This document shows positions 10,601 to 20,268 of a stretch of 64,000 nucleotides of DNA, piece after piece; position 1 is the first letter of the stretch, and each line of letters begins with the position of its first letter. The DNA comes from Trypanosoma brucei (taxonomy: Eukaryota): NCBI GenBank assembly GCA_000002445.1, contig CP000070.1, positions 224,001 to 288,000 of the forward strand. The letters are read 5' to 3'. The notes beneath the pieces were generated by a model. The model searched no databases, was not told the DNA's origin, and saw only the letters and a list, made by a program, of their open reading frames with translations. The position numbers and the translations under genes are program-made.

Positions 10601-11925
10601 CATTGGGGTGCTGATGAAGTGCCGAAGAATGATCTTGTGAGGTAGGGGCGACTTTACTAGTCGGGGGAGGCGTCTGCTCTATTACTCTGGAGGTGTAACG
10701 CGTAAGTTAGGTGGATGTTGGAGCGTATGCTGGTAGTATTTCAATGTGGTGCAAAATTTTTTGTTTTCCTCCAGCGAAGTTATAAGTGCTCCATGAGCGT
10801 GCGGGTTCTGGGGATGTAGGAATCTGTGTGAACGGATCGTGTTTGGATGGGAGTCGCACATTTTCTCTTCGAGAGAGTGTTGGGAGGTTTGCTCCTTTTA
10901 ATTCCCTTTGTCTGAACAGCAGGAGTTTTCTGATTCTTTGTGGCTGGCCTCTTTTGCTCATCAAGTGTTATTATTATTTTTTAAATTTCATCGCCTACGG
11001 TACGTGGACGGGGAGCTGTGCTGATATCACCGCGCTTCCGTGTTTCGCTTCGTACTTGTTTATTGTTTTGCCGTCTTATCACTCTACGAACCGTACCTCG
11101 TGGATGGTGAGCAGTCTTGTTAGCTGCTTCGTTGCCCGAGGTAAAAGGTACGCGCTGCTTTTGGGTCGAGGAAGTCCCTGCGTTAGGGTGATTCACTCAC
11201 GCTGTGTTGGTCGTGAAGATGCGCTTCCGCTGCATTTCTTGGGGCACACGTGTCTGGAAAAGAAATTCCCCCGACTCACTTGATCGTTTGGGCTCCGCTG
11301 TGGTATGTCGCAACACATAACCACGATTTATCCTTCATAAAATATCTTCGTGTCAAGGAATTGAACTCGAAAACACTAAAGGAGGTGCGGAAAATGCTAA
11401 TATACAGTGCTGTTCCGCTTCGTTTGCTCACGTGCTCGCGTGAAGCGGGCCCATATTGCATGCGTGCCAAAACATGGGTTAAGTTGTCGTGTGTTTCGTC
11501 CTTTCCTCTTATCTTGTGCCCTGTCCCACGCTGTGCGACCTTACATTGTGACTGTTGGTTGGATAAATTGGGTATCGTGATTAAAGGAGTGTACCACTCC
11601 TTTCGTAGGTTTACATATGGGCTACTCTTCGCTTTGATGCTGCCCTTTTTCGCTCTTACTGGGCGGTGATTCCCGTGCACTTAGCACCGAAACAATCGTA
11701 TTTCAACATTTGAGAACTAACTCATAAATATAGCTTTTTTGTCCAAGATCGGTCCTTTATTTTTTAATGTTATACAAACTGTTGATTTATTTAAAATATG
11801 AACGGTCATCCCAGTTATCAGAGCTTTTATGCTTGTGCTCGTTGTTAAATTCAGCTCCACCTTTGTTCCAGTCGCTGAAAGGGTATTTCACTCTTCTTAT
11901 TTTCCTCTTTTGGTTAGTAGTAGCG
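4656..11925. promoter_or_regulatory. Divergent strand-switch region between the minus-strand dynein unit and the plus-strand polycistron. Candidate bidirectional Pol II transcription-initiation zone.
   Basis: The minus-strand gene starts at 4655 and the first convincing plus-strand gene starts at 11926. There are no long, non-repetitive ORFs in between. In trypanosomatids, divergent strand-switch regions are the known polycistron start sites. Confidence 0.6.
6947..7675 (-). mobile_element. Degenerate non-LTR (ingi/L1Tc/DIRE-like) retrotransposon remnant. RT C-terminal 'thumb' plus the start of RNase H. The relic probably extends further on both sides through frameshifts.
   Basis: The 242-aa minus ORF begins MYGIEVWYWDASERSRDLLAAAQHKGSRIIAGIPHGTRKEDSLLEANLLPL. 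This matches the conserved non-LTR RT thumb signature YGsEtWtl...R..L.afEm.clRrIlGI.w.drvtNEevl..agl.pL. Its C-terminus, ...ELWADTSVSLGEKSGAAALLYRNNTLICAPKTGAGELSCSYRAECLALEIGLQRL, matches the RNase H N-terminal motifs (YTDGS... GAG... TNNRAELxAxxxAL). Flanking frames contain stops, so the element is frameshifted. Confidence 0.6.
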
Positions 11926-13158
11926 ATGTCTCGTCGGCGTCCTAATGTGATGTTAACTATCCCTAAGAATACGCTACAAGTCTTTGATATGGGGTTAGAT
12001 TTCCGTTCTTACCTATCCCGCGTGGATGTCAATGGACTACCAGTTTTAGGCAATGTCGTATCCTATGAGGCATCAAAACTGACTGAAGTATTTACTCCGA
12101 CTGTAGGGTTGTTAGTGACGATACTGCACATGCTTGCTCATTGCACCTCAAGTTGCTCCGCCGTAGCTTGGCTGAAAGCCTATGATGCCATCCAAAAGAT
12201 GTATATCGAAAATTCAGAGGAAGAAAACACGGAAGCCGTTCGATACGCTGTGGAGGCTAGAGCGGCTATCAAGGATTATTTGACTGGTGACGCTGTACCC
12301 GGTACAAACCTCCTTTGTGAGAAATTGTTGACTCTTCTCGACCAGCAAAGTGGCATCCATGGTTCTCAAGCTCCATCTCAACGGAAGGTCCCGCGGGAAC
12401 CGAAGGGGGCTTTTTGCAACCTACATCTATCGGACCAAAAGTGCTACCAGGATTTTGCTTGTAATCAGCTTCATTTACAAGAAGTGAAGACGGTGCGTCA
12501 CAGGAAGATTTTTTACATGCGACTTATTGAAGTGCTAAAAGCGGAAAAGCGATCTCGCCAGCAAATCCGCCACCGAATAAAGGACTCAGTTTTCTTTGCC
12601 CGATATGGCAATAAGGTTACCGTTCAATGCCAGGGTAAATGGATTCCATTTTTCAAAACAGTTTATACGGACGGAAGGCTAGAGCAGGCGCTTCGAACTC
12701 AGCATTTCGCTTGTGGTGACAGCGCTTGCGCCGACGAAAATTGTCTGGGAATACATCCACAAGACCGGCGCGTTACCACGTCCAGTAAACTGATGGATCT
12801 TAATAACCCCGATGTAGTACTTCAACAGATAGAGGAAGAAGCGGAGCGACACCTGTCGATGGAGGGGGCATTCAACGATCACGAAGCAGAACATATCTCC
12901 GCAGCCGCAAGTTCATCTTCGATGCCTTCGCCTACATCGGAAATGTGGAGAAATACTGTAAGGGAATATGTGCGGCAAACGGGAATCCCACAGGTGGAGG
13001 CCGATGAGTCGTTACTCAGGACACTGCAAGATGCAAATGTCCTGGCCACACCAACGGCCTCAACAGAGAGCTTAACGCCACTCTTAGACGAACTCGATAT
13101 GCGCACGTTCAGCTCGAGCTCTCCGGTCAGAGAGCATCCCAATGCTGAAATAGGGTGA
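11926..13158 (+). CDS. Hypothetical protein, first gene of the plus-strand polycistron. No recognisable domain.
   Basis: Long ORF (track 11767..13158). The first 53 codons are pyrimidine-tract-derived low complexity. The likely start is MSRRRPNV at 11926, preceded by a polypyrimidine tract and AG dinucleotides. Coding-like, non-repetitive composition. Confidence 0.5.
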   Translation: MSRRRPNVMLTIPKNTLQVFDMGLDFRSYLSRVDVNGLPVLGNVVSYEASKLTEVFTPTVGLLVTILHMLAHCTSSCSAVAWLKAYDAIQKMYIENSEEENTEAVRYAVEARAAIKDYLTGDAVPGTNLLCEKLLTLLDQQSGIHGSQAPSQRKVPREPKGAFCNLHLSDQKCYQDFACNQLHLQEVKTVRHRKIFYMRLIEVLKAEKRSRQQIRHRIKDSVFFARYGNKVTVQCQGKWIPFFKTVYTDGRLEQALRTQHFACGDSACADENCLGIHPQDRRVTTSSKLMDLNNPDVVLQQIEEEAERHLSMEGAFNDHEAEHISAAASSSSMPSPTSEMWRNTVREYVRQTGIPQVEADESLLRTLQDANVLATPTASTESLTPLLDELDMRTFSSSSPVREHPNAEIG

Positions 13159-13818
13159 GATGCGTTTTACATAACAGTAATTGTGGGAGCTTACTAAAAC
13201 CTAGAGAACCGAAAATCCGTTTGAATAGCGTGGGATAGATACTGGGGAAGGGCGCAGGTGCACACAACTGCATGGGGCTGCGCATACCTGCAAGCGCAGG
13301 TATCGTTATATACGTATATATATAAATATTTATATATGTATATGGGTGACTATACCACTTTACCAAAAAAAAAAAACAACACAACACAGAACAAAAATAG
13401 TGAAGGAAAAACATGCTTTCATAAGATGATAAGTTTTATCTTAGTTGGAATGAAGGTGGTAAGGTTGTCTTCAAATGATTTTTTTTTTTTGAAGAGAAGG
13501 AATTAACTTTATGGAAAAAAGTCCAAGGAAGTGGTTGAGGGAAAGAGAGTACCCTGATGCATTTATCGGTTATCGACACCCGTATGGTATGGGACGGAAT
13601 CGCAGAAGTATTCCAGAGGAATCAGAGTCATCATTTTTTTTCTTTCGAAATATGATGTTTCAATGATGTCAGGAGCAGGTGAATTTCCCCACGTCACATT
13701 GTGCAGAGCATGAATTGAAAGAGAACTACTGCTCGCATATATCGGATTCTCTGCTGACTGTGCTTCTTCCTTGCTACTATTGTGTAAAATGTGACTAAGG
13801 TTAGTTTAGAAATATAAT

Positions 13819-15264
13819 ATGACCGATATGTTGTTTGCTGTTTTATTGACTATATCGTTGTTGGTGCATGTGTCGTTGGCACTGGACCCTACTTATGGAG
13901 CCCAAGACGCGTATCTTGACCATTTTAAGGGGATTAGTTCCAGTGGAGCGTTCCAGTGTCTTACCGGCAGCAAAGTCATAAAGGGTGATCAGATTAATGA
14001 TGATTTTTGTGATTGCCCCGACGGAAGTGATGAGCCAGGGACATCAGCTTGCACAAATCACTTTACCAAAGTTAAGTTTCCTGACGGGTGGAAATTCAGA
14101 TGTCGCAATATTGGTTTTAAGTCAAAGGAAATACCACACAATAGAGTCAACGATGGTTTATGTGACTGTTGTGACGGCTCTGATGAATATGGCGGTATTG
14201 TGCAGTGTGCTAACATTTGTGCGGAGGTGCAGGAGAAAGAGGCGGAGGAACTTATGCTGGAAAGGGAGAAAATGAAGCTTTCTTTAGAGGAAAAGAAGAA
14301 GATGGTTGAGCAGGCCACAGTCAAACGGGAACAAGATAAAGTTGCTTTAAAAGAAGAGAAAGCAGAGCTGGAAGCGGCGGAAATTTCCCGTGAGCGGATG
14401 TCAAGAGACCTTCCGCCGTTGGAAGACCACGAAAAGAAGGAGAAACAACGCTTATCCGAGGAGTTCAAAATTCTTCAAAAACACATCCAGGAAAATGAGG
14501 CGAATGAGGAGGGCACAAAGTTGAAATATAGGGCAGGCTGCACCAAATGGTACACAACAGTGGACTGTGGTACCAAATCAAGCGTAACAGATGAAAAGGG
14601 ATGTGACGAGCTAATTCCAGGTAACGTGTCTGGTTACTGTGAATGTGCTGAAGCAAAAACAGATGCTACAGTGAAATACCAAAAAAATTGTGACCACAAA
14701 CCTCTTCGCTGTTCATTTGTTTGCAAAACGGCGGGAGAGGAAGGGACCTTGTCAAGCAGTGAGGAGCAATACTTCGATACAACCAATGACCCCTCTTATG
14801 AGTTGCCAGGGGCCAAGAATTTACGGGCAAAAATAAAGGACCTTGACGAAAAAATGGACAATCTTCGGTCCTCTATTGCTGCTAAGGAGGCACGGTTGAA
14901 GAGAAACTTGAATACGGAAGACATAATACGGACACTCGAGGATGAATGCTTCACTCTCGACGTTAAAGTATACACTTACAAATTTTGTCCTTTTAAAGAT
15001 GCTCACCAGTACTCCAAAGGAACTGAAATTGGGAATAGCATAGGGAAATGGGTACGTTTCGGTGAGAGTACCTACTCTTTGTGGTCAACCACCGATGACC
15101 ACACACACATGTTGTACGAAGGGGGTGATTGGTGTTGGAATCATGATCAGCGAACCACGGATGTTCGTCTGGTGTGCGGCCCGGAGAACAAGTTGTTGAA
15201 GGCTGAGGAACCGATATCATGCAAATACGCAATGGTGTTCCAAACACCCGCTATATGCGAGTAA
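13819..15264 (+). CDS. Glucosidase II beta subunit (PRKCSH-like ER lectin subunit).
   Basis: N-terminal signal peptide MTDMLFAVLLTISLLVHVSLAL. Two LDLa-like Cys-rich repeats (CDCPDGSDEPGTSAC, DGLCDCCDGSDEY). Central coiled-coil/acidic region. C-terminal MRH domain (YTYKFCPFKDAHQ...GGDWCWN...RTTDVRLVCGPENKLL...CKYAMVFQTPAICE). Confidence 0.8.
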   Translation: MTDMLFAVLLTISLLVHVSLALDPTYGAQDAYLDHFKGISSSGAFQCLTGSKVIKGDQINDDFCDCPDGSDEPGTSACTNHFTKVKFPDGWKFRCRNIGFKSKEIPHNRVNDGLCDCCDGSDEYGGIVQCANICAEVQEKEAEELMLEREKMKLSLEEKKKMVEQATVKREQDKVALKEEKAELEAAEISRERMSRDLPPLEDHEKKEKQRLSEEFKILQKHIQENEANEEGTKLKYRAGCTKWYTTVDCGTKSSVTDEKGCDELIPGNVSGYCECAEAKTDATVKYQKNCDHKPLRCSFVCKTAGEEGTLSSSEEQYFDTTNDPSYELPGAKNLRAKIKDLDEKMDNLRSSIAAKEARLKRNLNTEDIIRTLEDECFTLDVKVYTYKFCPFKDAHQYSKGTEIGNSIGKWVRFGESTYSLWSTTDDHTHMLYEGGDWCWNHDQRTTDVRLVCGPENKLLKAEEPISCKYAMVFQTPAICE

Positions 15265-15477
15265 ACCGCCTAATAGTCGGTTAATAATTATCACTTTCTC
15301 GTAAGATGCTACCCAACTCCAACTACTCTTGACAACATTCCCTCTGGACCCCTGTACTTTGTAACATCTTCCTCCTCCGAGTTTTTCTTTCCCCCCCTCA
15401 CGTTGTAAATTGGATAGTGTGGAGTAAGGTAGTGTCAGGAGTAGTAAGTGGTATACTTTTCATAGTTTTGTCCACAT

Positions 15478-16962
15478 ATGAATCCGAAGCTGTTCTCGAC
15501 GTACGTAATCGACTGTGTCATACTGTTTCTTTTAGTTCTGTTTGCATTTGGATACCAAACGGTTCGAAATCAAGAGCGTGTTGATGCTCAATTTGAGTTA
15601 GCTGCTTCTCTCTTTGGCGCTAAGGACAAGTCTGCTGGAGCTGAGAAGAGCATAAGTTCCGTGAAAGATTTTTTTACAGTTTTCAAAGGTATAATTGATG
15701 CTTATTATCACATACCGGCTGCAGCAACTGGGACATTCATGCACTATACGTATGGGGTGGGCAATTTCACACCGTTGGTCCCTGTTGTTGAAATAACGTT
15801 TCACGACAGACCGCAGAACTCCCTCGCAAAGGTGCCGCTTGTCTTTTCCTTTGATGTTCAAGCAAGCGATGTACTAGGACCGTTCATAAGTCCTCAAAGT
15901 TATTATTACCAGAATGGCTTTTGTGGAGACGGAGTTACTAGCAGGTTGCGTTATATCCTATGCCAAACCTCATCCACACTGGATGTGTTTGACAACGTCG
16001 ACAAGGTTAAACTCTCATTTCAGCTATATTCCATGAGAAGGTCAGATGACGGTAGGGTGCGCCCTGCGGAATGGGACATAGAGGTGATGTTTGGTATGGG
16101 TGGGTACGGCCCTGTTATTACCATGACCACTTCGTTCAGCAGTATCGAGGAGCGTTTCCCGCAGCGTTTTCCCGTCATGATAAGTTGTGCGGTGGCACCT
16201 CTAGTACTGTTGAGCTTTTTGTTTCGCATGGATAGGATCTCGCAGCTTGTAACATACGTGAAAGTGGTGTTAACTACTTGCAGAAGGAGTCAGTGGTACG
16301 GAAGGTTGCGCCCCGATAATTCTGGTTTGAGAGGTCAGAGTTTTCTTCTGCTTGGTGTTTTTTCTGATATAGTTGCGTTGACGTTCAGTATAACGTCACT
16401 TGTGATTCAGTTTACCCCAAAAGTGAGCGGAACGACGGAGCATGCGTTAACAGTCCTACTCGGGTTCGCGGCTTTCATGCGCTCAACACAGTTGATCTCT
16501 GTGCTGAAGCTCTCACCAAGTCTTTGCGTAGTGGTCGATGGTTTTGTTACTGCTAGTGACCAACTTTTCATGTATGTCGTGGCGGTCTTCCCCATTCTGC
16601 TTGGTTATTCAGTGTGCGGTTTCATTGTTTACGGAAGTTACCAGTCTTACTTCAAAACCGTTCCGTATTCAATTGTTACTCTCATCTGTGCGGCGTTCGG
16701 GGATAACCTGATTGATACATTTGTGGACATGGATAGGGGAGCCTACGTTGTTCAAGTGCTCTTCACCCGTATCTTTTTTGGTTCATTTTTGGCGTTTTTT
16801 ATATGTAATGTGCTCAATGTGGCATACAGTATCATTCAGGATTCGTACAATCAAGCTATCCGGATGCACGGTGCGACATCCAGTGGCACCACTGGTGCAA
16901 ATGGCAGTGGTACTCGTTTAACCGAAGAATTGAGGGAAATATTGGGGAAGTTGAGGGGGTAG
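15478..16962 (+). CDS. Polycystin/mucolipin (TRPP/TRPML)-like multi-pass cation channel.
   Basis: N-terminal TM helix (YVIDCVILFLLVLFAFGY), then a ~200-aa loop and 5-6 further hydrophobic helices. Pore-like region ICAAFGDNLIDTF and terminal helix FFICNVLNVAYSIIQDSYNQA resemble the PKD2 filter/S6 (LGD..., LLNMFLAIINDTY). Confidence 0.5.
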   Translation: MNPKLFSTYVIDCVILFLLVLFAFGYQTVRNQERVDAQFELAASLFGAKDKSAGAEKSISSVKDFFTVFKGIIDAYYHIPAAATGTFMHYTYGVGNFTPLVPVVEITFHDRPQNSLAKVPLVFSFDVQASDVLGPFISPQSYYYQNGFCGDGVTSRLRYILCQTSSTLDVFDNVDKVKLSFQLYSMRRSDDGRVRPAEWDIEVMFGMGGYGPVITMTTSFSSIEERFPQRFPVMISCAVAPLVLLSFLFRMDRISQLVTYVKVVLTTCRRSQWYGRLRPDNSGLRGQSFLLLGVFSDIVALTFSITSLVIQFTPKVSGTTEHALTVLLGFAAFMRSTQLISVLKLSPSLCVVVDGFVTASDQLFMYVVAVFPILLGYSVCGFIVYGSYQSYFKTVPYSIVTLICAAFGDNLIDTFVDMDRGAYVVQVLFTRIFFGSFLAFFICNVLNVAYSIIQDSYNQAIRMHGATSSGTTGANGSGTRLTEELREILGKLRG

Positions 16963-17676
16963 TTTCCTGCCCTTCTTATTCATTGTTGTTGTTGGTGACA
17001 GCAACATCAGGTTTCTTAGGTGATGCGGCTGTGTCTGGTGAGCTCGCAGTCGGTTGCGTTTGCTTCGTTGTTGTTGCCTTGTTGAGTGAGGGGATGCTAC
17101 AAAGCGTCTTATGCGAATTTAAGTGGATGACTATTGCTCATATTTTTATCCTTTCCCTTTTTTGCTCCCTTCCTCTGTTAATTTGTTTTGTTGTGTAATC
17201 TTTTGATACCGTTGTACTATGGTGTTTTGTTTCTAAATTTCTACTCCAATAACGCACTTTTTGCGAAGCTCAGCGAACCCTAGTCGAAACATAAAATCAT
17301 TTTTATTCACCCCATCGAGTTGGCAAGTGCGTTTGCTGCGGTGAGTCGCCATACTTCAACTGCTAAGTTAACACCGAGAGGGAAGAGAGCTAGAGGAGCA
17401 GCATCAGCGCAATTTCACGGATTTAGTGTTGTTAGACACAACCCCTTTTTTGTGTTGCACCCGGCCGTTGCGTGAACGACGCGACGAAAACTCATACAAC
17501 ACAAAACCCTTACCGCAAACAGCAGGCAAATCGGCTGGGGAATAGAAAAAAGGTGTTGTAGCACCTTGTATATATATAATTTGTAGCACGAAAAGTATAA
17601 CGGATCCCTTCAAATAGTGGTGTACCCAAGTACTCCCTTTTCAGGTAGACAATAGTGCATATTTGGTTGTGCATCA

Positions 17677-20268
17677 TTGTTTGCTTGTGCGGTAGAGGGG
17701 CGTGCGCTAAAGGACGGCATGACCAGAAATGCTGATGCACACTTTTCTGTTGGGACGGCTGCGAATCGGCAATTGAACGTGCCTGCGCCAAGTCATTTAG
17801 TGACGTGGAGTGCTGACAGCCTTGCACAGAACCAGCCGTCGATCCCCTCACTGGGGAACCTGAACCTTCGCAACCCCGGCATCTGGTCCAAGCGTGAGGA
17901 ATTGACCCCGAGGCGCCAGTCTCCGGTTGTTGCTGCTCGCATGGCCAGGATAGTGAGTAGCAGTAATATATCACCACGCTACACCACCTTTACGCAACGC
18001 TGGTCTCCCGTGTCGCCTCTGGATCTTTCACTCACACAGAGCTCACACCGTGCACAGACAGCGGGCGAGCGGGGGTTCGCATTTATTGCGCGTTATGGAG
18101 GTATTGCGAGGTCTCCGGCGCGCCAGGCGGCCTCTCGTTCGGGTCAGTCACCCGAACTGGAAACAAGTGTTGCAAGCCGCCAAACTTCTCAACACTCCTC
18201 GCTTCCAGTGGAGATGACACCGCGTGACCGATCTTTGAAGCGTCAAATTATAACTGAGCGGAAACTTCGCATCGTTCGACAGGAAAGTAGCACGCCTGGG
18301 GCAAGCAGTTCTAATTTGGCATGTTTGAGTGAGGCTAATGGGTCCAGAACGAGGCTTTTGTCTCAGGAACAGCTTAAAAAGCAGGGGAGCTCGATTCATC
18401 ATGGAGGGGAAACCGGTTTAACCGATAAATCTCCTGTTGCCGCACCGCTCACGGTGGAGCAACTCCTGAGGAAACCTCCTCAGAAGGCCAGTACGTCCGT
18501 GGGACGGCGCGTGCAGACTCCAGAGATTAGCATCTCATTGCGTGGATCGTTTTCTGCAGGAAACGACTCGTTGAGTAGCGCACATGTGGCAGAACTGAGC
18601 ACCACTACCGCTCGCGAGTTGCCTTCCGGTGGCGTTCCATGTGTGGCTCCTCATCGGATGTCAGACAAATCGATGTCTGCCTCCATTTCCTCCTGTGTCC
18701 ATCCGGTAATTGTGCAGCGCCGGCGTTGCAGCGACTGTACTACTAAACCTGCTCCGTCCGCAACAACATCACCTGGGACCATGACAGCGACGACCGCAGG
18801 CGCCACTCCCACTACCAGTAGCAACCGTAGCCAAAGCAGTGTGGAGACGGTGACGGACATTCCCAGTGTTGGTCAAGTGGCTGCACCCTACAATGGGCAG
18901 AAGTCTTCTTTTGTCTCCAGTCGGCTAGTTATGCAGCAGTTTGTACAGCGTTGGAGCAACCATTACGAAGAGAACAAAAAGGCCTATTTCGAGGGAGGAT
19001 ACATGTCAGTCGTACCGGGGAAGAAGCTGAACTCTCGGTATGTAATCGTGCAGAAGCTTGGCTGGGGTGAGTTCAGCACTGTGTGGCTTGCGTACGACAC
19101 TCTGCATACAACCCTTGGGAAACCACATCAGGCATTCGTTGCGGTGAAGATTGCCAAGTGCGACAGTGTTGTGTCCGAGAGCACCCAGTACGAGATCAAG
19201 CTGCTCCGCTATATTGGATCGAATACGCCATCACATGCTCCACTCACAGGTCTGTTGGATTCATTTGAAGTGGCTGGTCAGTATGGTTCGCACACGTGCA
19301 TGGTTATGCCCCTACATGGTTCAAATCTTTTGAGTATTATTGACCAGATGAAGGCCAAGAAGGGTATCCGGAGCCCCTCCGAGATATCCCTGATTAAGGA
19401 GATCGTTGTTTCAATCCTTATTGGCCTTGATGAACTCGATAAGCTAGATGTCATTCACACGGACATCAAACCCGAAAATATCCTTTGCTCATCGTCCGAC
19501 CCCAAGGTGCTTGATACAATTGAGAATTTCTGCCTCCGGAACAAGGATCGCTCGAGCATGGTGCCGGCTGACCGCGTGCGGAAGGCTATGTGGCAGGGGG
19601 ACCCAAATCACTTGGTTTGTATTGCTGATTTCGGTCTATCTGTTGCGCTTAAGCCGTCCAAGGGCCAGGCTGTGACCGGAAAGGGACAAAAGGATGTTGC
19701 TGCGAAGGCCGCTATTGAGAGTAAAAAGGAATTCCCCGTTGAAAAGGCTGGTACTGTGTCAAACGTACGCGGTACGATGATTCAAACGCGTGAGTACCGC
19801 GCCCCTGAGATCCTTATGGGGATGGATTTCAACACCCGCACCGATATTTGGAGTGTTGGTTGCATGGTGTATGAGCTAATTACGGGAGAGTTCCTCATGG
19901 ACCCGAAGCGTCGTACAAGGAATGAACGCATGATGGACGTGGAGCACCTTGCCATGATGATGCAAATACTTGGTCCTGTTCCTGAGAAGATAATCAAGCT
20001 TCGAGAGGGATGTGGTAACGGCAAACCCCCTCCTCGCTACATCCATCGCTACTTCGATGAAAACAATCGTTTCATATACAGCGATAAGTACAGACTTTAC
20101 CCGCGTCGTCACATTGACAGGGAGTTGCAGGCATATCTTCCTCCTGCAGAAGCGAAATCGGCAGCGGCCTTTATTGTGGGCTGCCTCGCTTCCTATGAAC
20201 CAACTTCTCGCCCGTCAGCTGGAGAGATGCTTAACCACACGTGGCTGTATGATGCCACCAACAACTGA
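17677..20268 (+). CDS. SRPK-like (serine/arginine protein kinase family) CMGC kinase with a ~440-aa Ser/Thr/Pro-rich N-terminal extension.
   Basis: Kinase subdomains: YVIVQKLGWGEFSTVWLAYD (compare SRPK LGWGHFSTVWL), VAVKIAK, HTDIKPENIL, IADFGLS, a spacer insert, then TREYRAPEILMG and DIWSVGCMVYEL. The N-terminal region is low complexity and rich in S/T/P/R. Confidence 0.8.
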   Translation: MFACAVEGRALKDGMTRNADAHFSVGTAANRQLNVPAPSHLVTWSADSLAQNQPSIPSLGNLNLRNPGIWSKREELTPRRQSPVVAARMARIVSSSNISPRYTTFTQRWSPVSPLDLSLTQSSHRAQTAGERGFAFIARYGGIARSPARQAASRSGQSPELETSVASRQTSQHSSLPVEMTPRDRSLKRQIITERKLRIVRQESSTPGASSSNLACLSEANGSRTRLLSQEQLKKQGSSIHHGGETGLTDKSPVAAPLTVEQLLRKPPQKASTSVGRRVQTPEISISLRGSFSAGNDSLSSAHVAELSTTTARELPSGGVPCVAPHRMSDKSMSASISSCVHPVIVQRRRCSDCTTKPAPSATTSPGTMTATTAGATPTTSSNRSQSSVETVTDIPSVGQVAAPYNGQKSSFVSSRLVMQQFVQRWSNHYEENKKAYFEGGYMSVVPGKKLNSRYVIVQKLGWGEFSTVWLAYDTLHTTLGKPHQAFVAVKIAKCDSVVSESTQYEIKLLRYIGSNTPSHAPLTGLLDSFEVAGQYGSHTCMVMPLHGSNLLSIIDQMKAKKGIRSPSEISLIKEIVVSILIGLDELDKLDVIHTDIKPENILCSSSDPKVLDTIENFCLRNKDRSSMVPADRVRKAMWQGDPNHLVCIADFGLSVALKPSKGQAVTGKGQKDVAAKAAIESKKEFPVEKAGTVSNVRGTMIQTREYRAPEILMGMDFNTRTDIWSVGCMVYELITGEFLMDPKRRTRNERMMDVEHLAMMMQILGPVPEKIIKLREGCGNGKPPPRYIHRYFDENNRFIYSDKYRLYPRRHIDRELQAYLPPAEAKSAAAFIVGCLASYEPTSRPSAGEMLNHTWLYDATNN

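Noticed and set aside
10786-11669. Plus ORFs of 165 and 139 aa just upstream of the first polycistron gene.
   Set aside because: Cys/Leu/Ser-rich low-information sequence with no domain. More plausibly this is 5' flank or leader of the first gene.
4656-11925. tRNA or snRNA genes, which often sit at trypanosomatid strand-switch regions.
   Set aside because: I scanned by eye for T-loop (GGTTCGAATCC-like) and box A/B motifs and found no convincing candidate. A tRNAscan-type run would be needed to exclude them.
12679-15247. Numerous 60-136 aa ORFs antisense to, or nested in, the large plus-strand genes (for example 14058..14468 minus, 18148..18402 minus, 29952..30326 minus, 57577..58065 minus).
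   Set aside because: They overlap strongly supported CDSs on the opposite strand or in another frame and have no independent signal. They are typical six-frame noise in a ~50% GC genome.
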